From Vezdaea acicularis (Eukaryota): a DNA stretch of 64,000 nt. Position 1 is the stretch's first letter. The number at the start of each line of letters is the position of its first letter. A model generated the notes under the pieces. That model saw nothing but the letters and a program-made list of their open reading frames with translations, did not search any database and was not told the DNA's origin. Shown here piece after piece: positions 12,865-25,734 of the stretch. Both the position numbers and the translations under genes were made by a program. The DNA lies in assembly GCA_026025075.1 (NCBI GenBank), contig JAPEUI010000004.1:248001-312000 (forward strand), given 5' to 3'.

Positions 12865-14982
12865 TCACCGAAACTCCTCAAAATGGTCATCCACATCATC
12901 GCCTAGCTCATCGCTGTCCCACTCGTCCTCCTCATCCCTTTCTACCATGTCTAAAAATCTCTGTAGCCCCTGATCAGGAAACTGGCGCCTCGGGATACCC
13001 GCTCCACCTAATTGAGGCTCGGCCCGCCGCCGGGCTGGAAGCTCTCTTTGAGGTCGGGCTGCTCTAAGTCGTCTCTGGGGGCCTTCTTCCGCGGCGACGG
13101 CGACGAAAGCGGCCTCTTGGGCATTAGCGATAACAGCTGCTACAGCCGCTGGTAGGTCAGCCGCTTCTGGCGGGGCTGGAGCTTCAGGAAGTAGCTGGTC
13201 AGCGCGAGCTAGGGCACCTTCGTTGGCTACAAGTTGGCGCCGAATATTGTACAGCTCAACCTGGAAGTCTTGAATTGCTGCACGCTGAGGATCATCTCGA
13301 GCTCCGTCAATTCGAAGCTCTAGATTCAAGACCCGATCACGTAGATCCTCCATTTGGCGGAGCAGTTGCAGCAGCTGACCCTCATAGATCTCGACTTCAT
13401 CAGGCGCTTGCTCCTCCAAGTAATTCATTCGGGCGACATGCCTTGCTGGTACTGCCGGGGCAGGAGCAGGAGCATTAGCATCAGCATTAAGTATTCCTAG
13501 TGGTGGGCCTGGTTGAGGCTGTAGCGCACGGATGGGCTGCTGACGAACAACCGCAGCTGGCTCATCTCCACCCTCAAGTTCCCACAAACGCATGTAACAT
13601 CCACCCCAGGCTTCGTTGAAGTGCCGATATGGGTTGTCCGCGCTAAGCCAAGCGGAGCATAAATAGCAAAAGTGCGTCTTGCAACGAAAACATAACATGT
13701 GATTGCATCCCTGAGTTTTCTGGCAACGAGCATCGCATGTAGGGCAAGGTGAAGTATGCCTTTCCAAGTAATCTTTAGATGCTTTCTCTTCTGCAGAGAG
13801 TTCGCTAGGGTTCCGTGCAAAACAAACCCCATACTCTCCATGCCAACCAGCTTCGCAGACACTGCAGAATGCGTACGAACAATCTTCGCAGACTGCCAAG
13901 CGCTCACTAGGGGGAGGCATCTTATCGTATGAATCTCCTGGTCGCCACGGTGCCGATTCGTCGTCCTCTGACCCTGAATCGCTACCAGGTACATCATCAG
14001 AGAGCATATCAGACGGCTTTGGATGCTTCTTGGAACGCGCCGCTCCCTGACACCATTTTCTTGGACAGTAGATAGTTGTTTTATCAGATTCAAGCTGTGC
14101 TTTTCGTTTCAATTCCACATATCTTCTAACTTTATCTTGCTCGATTGGGATCTGAAGGAGTTCGCTCGGCTGAAGAGTTCTGTCCGGTATCCTCCGTTTC
14201 TTGCCAGAGCGCGCCAACTTAGTCCTCGCCTTCTCCATCCCACAGTCAGGTGAGAGACACTTAACGGATGAGACGTCGCCTTCTATTATGCAATTATTGT
14301 AAAAGCTCTGCAGACATTCTATACAGAATACATGGCTGCAGGATTGAAGGCGGTGACAAGATACCCCCTTCTTCGGTTCTAAGCAGATACCACAATCGAA
14401 CGTTTCTTGCTCGAATAGCTTGCGCTTCTTCTTGCCGTCGAAATCAAGGAGGGCAATCTTCATTTGATATTCTACTTCCATTGTATCCCCACCCCCACAT
14501 ATAGAAACGAAACCTTGCTCGGCAAGTTGTTGCAGATGATCAATGTAGGTGAAGACCACTTGATCATGACCCAATTCTTTCCATAGCCTTGGCCCATCTG
14601 CTAAAAGTGTATCCATTATCTTCGGTGGGAGCCAAGACGGAGATGTTGAAAGTTTGAAGATCGGAGGCTCTCGAGACGGGTAAGCAGCAGGTAAGCTAAA
14701 TTGTAATATTAACGGCGGTAGATGTGCTAAGCTGTGAACATCAAGTACATTTCCAGCCACAGTCGTATTATTTGTGTCTTCAAGTCCTCTACTTGAGTCT
14801 GGCGGGGTCGGGAGCGAAACAGCGCTGCGTGATGGAGCTGTAAAGTTGATATTTAACGGCTTGATCGGGGAGACCTCCAGTTCTATCGAAGCTGCAAAAT
14901 CGTTCTCGGAGTCCACCAAAAGCTCGGGATATATGGCGGAAATGGCCGATAGCTCGACTGCCCGCTCGTCGTCTTCACTCAT
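12865..14982 (-). CDS. ITT1: RWD-domain RBR E3 ubiquitin ligase (Itt1/RNF14-like)
   Basis: N-terminal RWD (ELSAISAIYPE, LPAAYPSREPP), RING1 CGICLE..CSHVFCIEC, IBR, RING2 CPTC..GCNHMLC..HFCYLC. Confidence 0.9.
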   Translation of the reverse strand: MSEDDERAVELSAISAIYPELLVDSENDFAASIELEVSPIKPLNINFTAPSRSAVSLPTPPDSSRGLEDTNNTTVAGNVLDVHSLAHLPPLILQFSLPAAYPSREPPIFKLSTSPSWLPPKIMDTLLADGPRLWKELGHDQVVFTYIDHLQQLAEQGFVSICGGGDTMEVEYQMKIALLDFDGKKKRKLFEQETFDCGICLEPKKGVSCHRLQSCSHVFCIECLQSFYNNCIIEGDVSSVKCLSPDCGMEKARTKLARSGKKRRIPDRTLQPSELLQIPIEQDKVRRYVELKRKAQLESDKTTIYCPRKWCQGAARSKKHPKPSDMLSDDVPGSDSGSEDDESAPWRPGDSYDKMPPPSERLAVCEDCSYAFCSVCEAGWHGEYGVCFARNPSELSAEEKASKDYLERHTSPCPTCDARCQKTQGCNHMLCFRCKTHFCYLCSAWLSADNPYRHFNEAWGGCYMRLWELEGGDEPAAVVRQQPIRALQPQPGPPLGILNADANAPAPAPAVPARHVARMNYLEEQAPDEVEIYEGQLLQLLRQMEDLRDRVLNLELRIDGARDDPQRAAIQDFQVELYNIRRQLVANEGALARADQLLPEAPAPPEAADLPAAVAAVIANAQEAAFVAVAAEEGPQRRLRAARPQRELPARRRAEPQLGGAGIPRRQFPDQGLQRFLDMVERDEEDEWDSDELGDDVDDHFEEFR

Positions 14983-15733
14983 GTTGGTGTCTCCTGTAAG
15001 AGCTGATTAGCTGGAGTTTTCTTGAAAGAGGTCTTCTCTTGGAAGTATATAGCGCAAGACAAGTCTTGAGCAACGTGAATAACAGTGACTCATAAGGCGA
15101 TCTCCTGTGTTGGCGAGTATGGCTGCATGTGCTTTTCGTGTAGCATGCGGCGAAATAGAATAGAAGATTACTTACGAGTATTTGATGTGGGATTTGATAA
15201 GGTCAAGCTGTACGGCGTGAATTGGGATTCCTCCCAGAAGCGATGTGTTACCTCGGAATCATTGGAGATGTATAGCTGAAGCTAGACTTCTGGTAGATAG
15301 ATAATTGAGGGTAAGTGGGAATTGCAGAGCTTCTAACTCTCGAATTTTTTTCGGACGAGTCACCTCTAACTAAACTGCTTAGACAAGCAGGCGAAAAGCT
15401 CGCCCCAAACTTTATTTCTGGTGGCACAGCTCTACCCCACAGTTGCTGCAGGCACGCTGCAAGATCCTAGCTTGCTCATTGTGCAGCGAAGAATTAAAGT
15501 AGGGAGCCATACCACGTTTGCACCCTCATTGTTTGCATAAAGATCAGAGTTGCAAGTACATATTAGCTGTGAAATTTCTAACAAATCCAGGGCTCGGCGC
15601 TCTCCAATCAGGGTGCCATTGCACATTCACAATCCGTGCTCGTCGAGAGCCGCTTTAAGGCTTATCTCGTGCCATTCGTTGAGTGAGGCCTCTCACATGC
15701 CTAGAGGTAACAGGGTTTGAACGAAACTGCACC

Positions 15734-16580
15734 ATGTCAACACAACCAGACGCGCCTTTGGCGTCACTCTCCCTTACCCACGTTCATTATGTGAGTAGTC
15801 ACTGTAACGCTGATCGCTGGAGCCACTGTAGCTGATATGAAGCTTAGAATCCGTCGGATCCCTTATCCTATCTATGTGCCTGGCTTGCTCTCGTGCCCCA
15901 AGCTCTTTGCATTATTTATGCAACACTCATTTTTTCAAATCGGGAGTTCGAAGTCATATCTATGGGCGTGGGCCAGTTGGGATGCGAGGTATTCAATTTC
16001 TTATTGAAAAGATTGATCAAGGAGGAAAGACCGAAGCGTAAGTCCCGGAAATGTGATACTTTCTTTAGACTCCCAACCCTAGATATTAAAAGAGTGGCAT
16101 ATAGAGATGTACGGTAAAGGGTATGGGATGCCTTCATCACACGCGCAATTTGCTTGCTTCTTCTCAACCTCCCTTGCGCTTTTCTTACTCTTTCGGCATC
16201 AACCTATCCCTCATCCTAAGTCATCTTTCGGCTCACCACATCGACCCTTCTCATTCATTGAACGACTTGCACTCAGTGTATTAGTTACCCTATTTGCTGG
16301 ATGTGTAGCACTTTCGCGGATATATCTGAATTATCATACCCCGAAACAAGTAGCCGTTGGTTATGGCGCAGGCGCATGTTCAGCACTGGCTTGGTTTCTT
16401 GTCACGTCATGGCTTAGGAGAGCAGGGTGGGTTATCTGGATTCTAGACACAACTCTAGCAAAACTCCTAAGGCTTCGGGACTTGGTTGTTGAGGAGGACC
16501 TTGCGACAGCGGGTTGGTTACGTTGGGAGGACAAAAGAAGACAGACTCGGACCGCATTGGCTAGCCAAAAGCGGCAATGA
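15734..16580 (+). CDS. CAX4: Dolichyl pyrophosphate phosphatase (PAP2 family)
   Basis: MSTQPDAPLASLSLTHVHY first exon; KRLIKEERP, YGMPSSHAQF, SRIYLNYHTPKQV; 2 introns. Confidence 0.9.
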
Positions 16581-16768
16581 AATCAATGGTTCTCGTTGGC
16601 TTCAAATTTGAAACTGTACCTATGCAGGAGCATGGATCCTCAGCATCACCAAATGCGGTTCTATTCTACAGATTTTCTACTCAACAGATTAAGTATCAGC
16701 ATGAAAAAAAAGGGGTTAGAGGCGAATAACAGTCTCAAGCTGTATTGCGACCTACGGTTTGTTAAAAG

Positions 16769-18895
16769 TCAGAGGAAAAGTGGCCACCCGACCTTGAGCC
16801 CAGTTTCATTGCGGTTAACCTCATAGCTCAATGTCGTCCCATTCTGATACAGAAGTAAGATGCGATATCGTCGGGTTGACTCCACGCACCTCCAATTCTC
16901 TTGAACACTTATTTCTCTGCCCTGCATTGGGGCTGAAGCTAACCCTACCAAGGGAACGTTTCTAACATGCCTGGCTATGAACCATTCTTGATGAGCGAGA
17001 GGAAGAGTGAACTCTAATCTAAAGCCAAACTCCGGACCCTCCGTATGCAGTAACATGGTAAGGGTGAGTAATGCAACTCGACCGGCATTTGACGCCACAG
17101 CCACAATACCTAGCTCTTCGATCTTGGTCATCATATTCAGACGATCCCACGGATCAAGAGCTTGTGGGTCTGGCGCAAACTGCCATGGACACAAGGGAGA
17201 CCGTAGTCGTACAACTTCTCGAAAGTGACTTTCAGTCCCAACAAGCAGATGGATCGTTTTGGCTGAAGTATGAAGTATCACGAAGCTGTTTGGCGAGACA
17301 GTCTTCCATGATAACTCAGGATCAGGGACAACCGGCCAGACATCATCATGACCATCCTGCCCAGGAGTGGTAAATGAATATAGTCCATCAGCTATTAGTT
17401 TTGGTTGTATTGGCCTCCACTTGTTATTCTTTTCTAATTCTGTGAGTAAGGGATGAGGGACGTAACCCCCAGAGTCCCGTACTAAAGAACTGCTGCCACT
17501 AATGTCTTGCACACGCTGATGATCTCTGGCAAAGCACTGGTACCCAAACGTCTCTTGCGAGCTCAACGTTGGTCTGAAAGCACGTGAGTCCAGACATGAT
17601 ACGCTCCAGCCAATCATCGTGTTGTCGTGGCCATGGTGAGCTTCCGGGGCTGCACCTTCAGGGCCTCTAAAAGTTCCTAGCCGAACGACTTGCCTTGTCA
17701 AGACATCCCATAATGCTATCAAGCCGTTGAGGTCTGTACTGACAAGCCACCTACCGCTTACTTCAGCTTGCAGAAAGGAAATACTTGGGATGTTGGTTTT
17801 GTGACCATTAAGTGAGAGCTGCCTGTCCTTGTTTCGATAGTTACGTAAATAGTCTTCATGGCTTAAGGTGCTCGTAAAATCTTTCTCCAGGTATGATAGA
17901 GGGCTTGATTCTGCATTAGTTCTAGGACCTTCCATATCGTTGAGCACTGTCGTCATTGGTTCGGAACGAGTCGAGGTGCTTGCTGAAAAACGACACAAAT
18001 CGATGCCGAAGCTGAACACAGTGATGTTCCTGGAGTTCGAGCTAGCAGCGATTGACCTGCTCTCTTTGTGAACTGTGAGACCCCACGCAGAAGCGCCTAC
18101 ATTCTGATGGAAGAACGCTTTGGGCGACTCTTCCCTCCCCTTTGCACGATCCTCAAGTGCACGCAGGATTGATTGCAAATAGTAAGCATAGACATCCCCA
18201 TCGTCGCAAGCACAAACAACAATCTCCTCCAACCCCATATCGGCGACAATCAAATGATTGATCTCGTGGGGTTTACGACCATTAATGTGCCCTCTCAAGC
18301 CGGGTCTTGATGGAGGTGTGACAATTGCGAGTAGTGGATTTCCTAGATCTTGTTCCGGAAAAGTGGGCTTGTAAACCAGCACAGTCTCTCGCTTTGCAAG
18401 AAAGAGGAGATTCTCGACTTGGGACAAGGCTGCCTGCGAACCATACATCAGCTCGATGTCCCCAACACCACTTCAAGAATGTTTCTGCATTGTATTCAAG
18501 GAGTCGCAATCATGAAGGCCCCCCTGATATTAGTAAAAGGGTCGAGCTAAAATTTGTGCATGCCTCAAAACAGACATATAGAGAATACCATGTACCTCTC
18601 CGTGCATAAGAACCCTGATAAAGGAAGTAACATACGAGGTTATGACGCCATTGCGAATACTCGGTTTGTGGATCATGCCAATTCCAGCTAAAGGAAAGAT
18701 TAGAGAAGACGTGAGATACGGAGTATATGAAGGTACTGACTGTGTCTTATCAAGACGTTAGTAGCCCGGTAAGGTGAATATAAGTTATCTTACCCATCCA
18801 TTGTTATCTTCATGTATGCCCAGCACCAGCAAGTTCATTTCCTTGAAGCCTCGCGCATTAGCCGCCCCTTGCGGCTCAAAAGCGTTGGCTGACAT
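16769..18895 (-). CDS. CRT10: Crt10-like WD-repeat protein
   Basis: Spliced QWRHNL|AALSQVENLLFLA, PHEINHLIVADMGLEEIVVCACDDGDV, NVGASAWGL, GHKTNIPSISF. The 5' exons (18794-18895, 18741-18745, 18637-18687) are inferred by eye. Confidence 0.75.
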
Positions 18896-19669
18896 CCCTT
18901 GCTCTGATTCATGTGGAGAAAGCTTAAGAAAGTGGAGCCTAGCATATGCTAGCGGTAGAGTTAGAATGAGGACAGTTTCAATCTCTTGAAACTAAACTGT
19001 TCTTGGTACCAAGGATTTAAAGGTTAAGGGAGTACAGCATGGGTTGGGGCTATCTAGACGCGATACTGGGAGAAGGAAGGTGTCGCTAGGCTAAAGACGA
19101 GCTGCACAAATCCTTGAACTCCGCTAATGCGGGTGCGTCGAAAAGCAGAATTAGGTCTGAGATCGTATGGACGTGGGGAGATTCGTGTCAAGATATCAAT
19201 GACAAACATAAAGTACAACATCCTATTTCACGGAGCTGGCAATGAACCGTGATCCAAATCCTCTTGCCACTCTTAGGGAGTGCTGGCGCATTGATCTCGA
19301 ATGCTTCACCCAAAAGCGCCTGCCCAACACTGTACTGTACTGTACAAGATCATTTAGTACCGTACCAAATAGTATAGTACAAATAAGTAGGCCGTCATCT
19401 GTCCAGCACCTGAATTACCTATGACATGAAACCATTATGTATACATTTAGACAGCAAATCCTCGATGGGAGTTGTGTAAGATAGTCCATTCCTTGTACGC
19501 AATACCTCTCATACACCTACGTCACTGAGGGGGCGAGGATCAGGCTTCCCAAGCGATCGCGGATGCTATACCGTGATCTAGCTGCTATCCTTTGATCCAT
19601 TTGCCACGCTCTGCCCATGTGCTTGCACTCGTCCGAGGTCCTTCAGATATATTGTTATTCCCCAACAGA

Positions 19670-20968
19670 ATGTCCGAGGCACGGGATCAAAAAAATATAG
19701 TTGTTATAGGTCTGTCCTACATGTAAAGTAAGTAAACAAAGAGTCCACATTGACAGATACATCTAGGTGGAGGAATCATAGGATCGTCGGCCTGTTACTG
19801 GTTAACTCGTCACCCATTATACAATAGGGCTAGGCACACGATCACACTCGTCGAGGCCTCAAAGATTGCAGGCGGGGCAAGTGGAAAGGCAGGGGGCTTG
19901 CTCGCCCTATGGGCATATCCGAGTACCATTGTCCCTTTAAGCTATCGGTTGCATGCGGAATTGGCAAAGGAACACAACGGAGAAACGCGATGGGGCTATC
20001 GCCAAGTGCATTGTGGTCAGATCGAAGCGAACGGGAGGTCTCTTAATTCGAAACATGAAGCCAAAGAAACGCAGAATGGAGGATCAGTCTTGCTTCAGAA
20101 GCGCGACGATAAAGCTCTATCCAAACTCCGTGCAAGTGGCGTACCTCATGATCTGGACTGGGTCTACGGCTCATCCATCGTAGGCTACGAATCCATGGGT
20201 GACCTTTCGAACACGGCCCAAGTTCATCCCTATCTATTCACAACTTCTATGGCGACCTTGGCTGAAGAAGCTGGCGCGAAAATCGAGTTCGGATCGGTCA
20301 CTTCTATTGAACGTAATGCCAGTGGCGTTTCAGGGGTTACGTATACAGAGAAAGGGTCCTTGGAGACAAGAACAATACCAGCAACAGATGTTGTTATCAG
20401 CGCGGGCCCTTGGACAAACTCCATCTTTCCCTCGGTACCGATATCCGCGCTTCGAGCTCACAGCGTCACGATAAGGCCGTCTCGAGAAGTTTCGGCCTAT
20501 GCTTTGTTCACCGAAATATTACTTCCCCCAAATTTTAAACTTAATTCGCGAGCGAAAAAGCGTGTCACACCAGAGATCTATGCACGGCCTAACTGCGAAG
20601 TCTACGCATGCGGCGAAGGAGACCATCTCGTTGCTCTCCCACCAACAACTGAGGACGTCGTAGTTGATGAGAGTCGCTGTCAAGACATTGTAGACTATGT
20701 TGGGAGTATCAGCGATGAGCTGAGAGACGGGGAAGTTACTGCACGACAAGCTTGTTACCTACCTCAAGTAGAGGGCACCGATTCTGGTCCTTTGATTGGA
20801 GAGACTGGTATCAAAGGCCTACTCATGGCTGCAGGTCACACTTGCTGGGGTATTCAGAATGGGCCTGGCACTGGGAAACTAATCTCGGAGCTGGTCTTTG
20901 ATGGGCAAGCAAATAGTGCAGACATCAGCAGTTTAGACCCTAGGAGAGCTTATAGTATGAGGTTGTAA
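19670..20968 (+). CDS. FAD-dependent oxidoreductase, DAO family (Tda3/YHR009C-like)
   Basis: IVVI|GGGIIGSS Rossmann motif across intron ~19710-19766; IAGGASGKAGGLLA; AAGHTCWGIQNGPGTG. Confidence 0.88.
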
Positions 20969-21114
20969 AGACCAATCGGGCTCTCAATGCCAAGCTGCGC
21001 CAAATCGGCTAGATATGGTAAGGTGGTAGGAATCTGCTATGTGACTTCGTTTGCCGCAATGAATTTATTCATAGAGTTGAAACTCGTTCCATCATGTCGT
21101 CAGACAAATGTGGA

Positions 21115-22561
21115 TTAAGGTTTCTGGTCGTGGGCGTAATCTTCTAAGTACTCCGCAAGCTTCTGAGCACCTTGCGGCGATATTGAATTATCTTTGGATA
21201 TCTTCGTTAGTAGGGTTGCAAAACATTCGGAATTATAAAACCCACAGTTACTGCATCGAATACCGCCCACGCTTCGATGGCCCTTCAAACCCATGAGCCC
21301 CCTATTTTCAGCTTCTGCCAACCAATCCTTTTCCTTTTCACCCTTTCCCTCATATACTCTGAAGCAAATGTTCATTCTACTCCTTACAGTCTTGTCTGGA
21401 ACGATCTGGTAAATAGTGGGCCACTTTTCTAGCGCTCCATATATCAAATTTGCCTTCGAATTAGCCACTTCCTCCATTCCAGATACTTTCTTAGAGCCAA
21501 AGGTCTGGAGCAGCCCCCCCATGACTTGACCCGCGACCCATACATCAAAGATGCTGAGTGTATTATAGAGGGAGTTATTCTTTGAAATGGTCGGATAATC
21601 AAAGACCACGGGCCCTACCGGCAGCCCAAGGGAATGAAGAAGTGTCGAAGAGGGCACAGCCGTAGTTGGAGGAAGGAGTGATTTACGTATGATCACAAGA
21701 GTCAGTCCTGTGGTGCCTACATTTTTCTGTGCTCCTGCCTAGTAGAAGAGGATAGACATGAGTGGGGGGTTCGGCCCTTTAGGACTGAGCACTCACAAAT
21801 ATAAGGCCATACTTCTTAACATCAACACGACGACTCAAGATATTAGAGCTCATGTCTGCGACTACAAGGGGCTCGTCCTCTTCACTAGCGCCCTTGGGCT
21901 CTAAAATCTTTGGGAAGCTCGGAAATTCGACCCCGTCTACTGTTTCGTTATCACAGTAGTACACGAAAGCCGGCCCCTTCCCATCACCTTCCCTTGCAGA
22001 CGTCAACTTCCAGGTATCTTCAGTCGGCACTTTTCCAAATTTGCCTGAATTCACTTTCCGTGCGTCAAAAACCACGTTAACGTATTCTTCTCCAAGTAAC
22101 CGAGCTGCTTCTTGTGATGCTTTGAGGGACCAAGACCCACTAATAAGGTAGTCCAGCTTCAGCTCGGCTTGCTTTTCCAAGTGTAGACGCTCCAGGATCC
22201 TTTCCGATACTTCCTTCTCATTCAAATTTGGTGAAGTCATTTTAATGTCCCTCTCTGCTCGTCTCCTTCGCCGCTCTACCCAGACGGCTACTAGATTGTA
22301 CACCACAGCGCTGAACTCCCCACTTCCGCCTCCTTGCATAAACAGGATCTCGTAATCATCAGGTATATCGAGAAGAGACTTAAGATTGCTCTTGGTGTCA
22401 GCAAGGATTTGGTTCGCTAAAGCTGAGCGGTGAGAATGTTCCGTAAGACCAAGACCAGTAGAGTTGTAATTTAGGAGGGCTTTGGAGGCTGCTTCAAGCA
22501 CCGGTGTGGGCAATAGAGCAGGGCCAGCTCCGAAATAGGTGATGTCTGCACGAGAAGGCAT
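21115..22561 (-). CDS. SER1: Phosphoserine aminotransferase
   Basis: YFGAGPALLP, EHSHRS, CDNETVDGVEF, ADMSSNILSR, GAQKNVG, GLKGHRSVGGIR; 2 introns. Confidence 0.96.
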
Positions 22562-22998
22562 TATGAAGGTAGTGGGATTGTAATGAGTAGCAAATTGCGC
22601 GGGCGATCTGGGGAACGTGCTGTTGTGGGAATGGGAGATTTGAATGGCTTGATGGACAGATATGGTCTAGACTTTTCTTTCTCTGATACTTAGTTACATA
22701 AAAAAGGACTTTGGGCACCTAATTGCGAGGGTAATCCGTAAGGAGTCCTCACGACAAGAAATTGAAGAAAGTGTGTTAAGTTACAGGATAAGAACGACGA
22801 AGTGTCGGGCGTTAGGTCCCTTCCTCCGGCTTCGGCGAATCTCGGCTGTTCCCGTGTATATTGGCATTGACCGAAATTTTCAACTTTTGAAGGAAAATGA
22901 AGGCCAACGCCTTTGGTCTAGATAAAATGCACAGATGACGCCCGTAAGGTTCATACTTTCTCTCATATGATCTTAATTACTAATTCGAGTAGTCAAGG

Positions 22999-25425
22999 AT
23001 GAAGCCGCGCAATCTGCGACGGTTGATCTTGACTCCAATCCATCCACTTTCTGTGTCTCAGCGTATACGGTGTATAAGTTCGACGCCTCAAGAACGCGTT
23101 CAGGATATTTTTCACACACAAGCTGAAAAACCGACGTCTTCTGCGTTTATTCCCTCAGCTAGGAGCCGGCGACGAATACGTCAAACACTGACAGAAAAGA
23201 TTGTTCAGAGGTACACACGAGGCCTTGCCGAAGAGAAATTTGTGAAGGCCGGAGACTATGTCACCCTATCACCACATCACTGCATGACGCATGATAACTC
23301 ATGGCCTGTTGCTTTGAAGTTTATGTCGATCGGTGCCTCGAAAATTCATGACCGTAGCCAAATAGTTATGACACTAGATCATGATGTGCAAAATAAAAGC
23401 CAGTCTAATCTCAAAAAATATCGGCAAATAGAGGAGTTTGCGAAGAAACATGAAGTAGATTTCTATCCTGCCGGCCGGGGTATTGGTCACCAAATAATGG
23501 TGGAAGAAGGTTACGCGTGGCCAGGAACCCTCGCTGTGGCATCAGACAGCCATAGCAATATGTACGGTGGAGTAGGCTGTCTGGGAACACCAGTTGTAAG
23601 GACTGACGCTGCAAGCATATGGGCTACAGGGAGGACTTGGTGGCAGATTCCGCCAATTGCAAAGGTTACCTTTGTTGGGACTTTACCAAAGGGAGTTACA
23701 GGAAAGGATGTCATCGTGGCTCTTTGCGGACTTTTTAACAACGACGAAGTTCTTAATCACGCGATTGAGTTCACTGGATCGGATGAGACTATGCGTAGTC
23801 TTCCAATTGATGATAGGCTCGCAATAGCCAATATGACCACAGAATGGGGCGCCTTATCTGGCCTTTTCCCCATTGACTCTGTCTTACATGCATGGCTTCG
23901 ATACAAGGCAACAGCTTCCGCACTCCTTTCAGAAAATTCTGTACCGACGCGGTTTAGCCATGCTCGTGTTGACGCACTCATGGGTAGCCCCTTGTGTGTC
24001 GATGAAGGAGCTACCTATAATAAATATCTCTTCCTGGATCTATCCACGCTTTCTCCTTACGTGTCTGGCCCTAATTCTGTCAAAGTTGCTACTCCACTCA
24101 ACCAACTCGAGTCACAATCAATAAAACTCAATAAGGCTTATCTTGTCTCCTGCACAAACTCACGTGCATCTGACATTGCTTGCGCTGCTAGAGTGTTCAA
24201 GGCGGCCGCCAAAAGTACAGTAGATGGAAAGATCCCTAAAGTTGCTGAAGGCGTCAACTTTTATATAGCCGCAGCATCGAAGCCCGAACAGGAGATCGCC
24301 GAAGACGCTGGAGACTGGCAGGCACTGCTTGATGCTGGGGCAATACCTCTACCAGCTGGATGTGGACCTTGCATTGGTTTGGGAACTGGCTTGCTTGAGC
24401 CCGGCGAAGTAGGAATTAGCGCCAGTAATCGAAACTTCAAAGGAAGAATGGGCTCAACAGAAGCAAGGGCTTACTTGGCAAGTCCCGAAGTCGTTGCGGC
24501 TAGTGCATTGAGCGGCATTATCAGCGGTCCTGGCTTGTATGAAAAGCCAGACAACGTCAAGGGAGTTGTCCTAGGTGAAGGCGACAAAGTAAAAGAGGAA
24601 GATCGCATAATCAGTATCGCGGAGGCGCTTGAGAAGATAATCGCCGAGGCCGATACGCTTATTGAAGAAGGCGAAAATGAAGGCTTAGGGGGCGAGAATA
24701 AAAAGGTTTCAAGCAACGCCTCAATAAAAGAGGAGAGTCCTCTCGTTGAGGTCTTAGATGGCTTTCCTGAGAAGATAGAAGGGGAAATAGTGTTTTGTGA
24801 TGCTGATAACATCAATACGGATGGGATTTATCCAGGAAAGTACACATATCAAGATGATATTACCCTCGAGAAGATGTCTGAAGTTTGTATGTCAAACTAT
24901 GACCCAGAATTCACACGTATCGCTCGGTCTGGCGACATTCTCGTCGCAGGGTTCAATTTTGGATGTGGCAGCTCAAGGGAGCAAGCAGCGACTGCAATTC
25001 TAGCGAAAAAAATCCCAATGGTTGTAGCGGGAAGCTTTGGCAATATATTCTCCAGGAATAGTATCAATAATGCGTTGATGGGTTTGGAAGTTCCAAAACT
25101 AGTGCAACGACTAAGGGAGGCCTTTCCGTCCATCACAATAGCCAACGGAGAGAAAGGGGGTATTTCGGAGCCTCAGCGAAATAAGGACTCGCTTGACTCT
25201 CCACCTCCTGCTAACATCGTTCAAGCGCATCGAAGCCTACTAACTCGAAGAACGGGTTGGAAATTTCTGTGGGACGTAAAAAGAAGCCAAGTGACTATCA
25301 CAGAGGGTGAAGACGGAAAACGGTGGAAACAAAAAGTTGGTGACTTGTCCCCAAATGTGCAGGATATCGTGGCAAAAGGTGGGTTGGAGAAGTGGGTCAA
25401 ACACGAGATTGGGAATAAACCTTGA
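22999..25425 (+). CDS. LYS4: Mitochondrial homoaconitase
   Basis: [65 protein letters not shown]; intronless 808 aa. Confidence 0.97.
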   Translation: MKPRNLRRLILTPIHPLSVSQRIRCISSTPQERVQDIFHTQAEKPTSSAFIPSARSRRRIRQTLTEKIVQRYTRGLAEEKFVKAGDYVTLSPHHCMTHDNSWPVALKFMSIGASKIHDRSQIVMTLDHDVQNKSQSNLKKYRQIEEFAKKHEVDFYPAGRGIGHQIMVEEGYAWPGTLAVASDSHSNMYGGVGCLGTPVVRTDAASIWATGRTWWQIPPIAKVTFVGTLPKGVTGKDVIVALCGLFNNDEVLNHAIEFTGSDETMRSLPIDDRLAIANMTTEWGALSGLFPIDSVLHAWLRYKATASALLSENSVPTRFSHARVDALMGSPLCVDEGATYNKYLFLDLSTLSPYVSGPNSVKVATPLNQLESQSIKLNKAYLVSCTNSRASDIACAARVFKAAAKSTVDGKIPKVAEGVNFYIAAASKPEQEIAEDAGDWQALLDAGAIPLPAGCGPCIGLGTGLLEPGEVGISASNRNFKGRMGSTEARAYLASPEVVAASALSGIISGPGLYEKPDNVKGVVLGEGDKVKEEDRIISIAEALEKIIAEADTLIEEGENEGLGGENKKVSSNASIKEESPLVEVLDGFPEKIEGEIVFCDADNINTDGIYPGKYTYQDDITLEKMSEVCMSNYDPEFTRIARSGDILVAGFNFGCGSSREQAATAILAKKIPMVVAGSFGNIFSRNSINNALMGLEVPKLVQRLREAFPSITIANGEKGGISEPQRNKDSLDSPPPANIVQAHRSLLTRRTGWKFLWDVKRSQVTITEGEDGKRWKQKVGDLSPNVQDIVAKGGLEKWVKHEIGNKP

Positions 25426-25734
25426 AAGAAGGCCATAAATCAGAATGACCGGTTATCTTCAGAATTGTCACGAAACCAAACTCGACTCACTGCTTTAAAA
25501 AGTCGAGTTTGCCAAGGTGCTCGGGTGATATTACAAGGCACTACAATAGCAAATTCCATATCATTCTATGGTCCCAAGTCTCTGAAAAGCCTTCTTGGCA
25601 GCCAATGGCAATATTTAAATATGGGTATCTTCGGTGAAGTCAAGCTAAGCAAAAAGCACAATGCAAGCTGATGTACAGGACGACGCTATTCGGAAGGATC
25701 GAAGGATTGAGAAACCACATGGCTGAGAATGCTG

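Noticed and set aside
15086..15092. Perfect TGACTCA (Gcn4/AP-1-type site) upstream of ITT1
   Set aside because: A single 7-mer is expected by chance several times in 64 kb.
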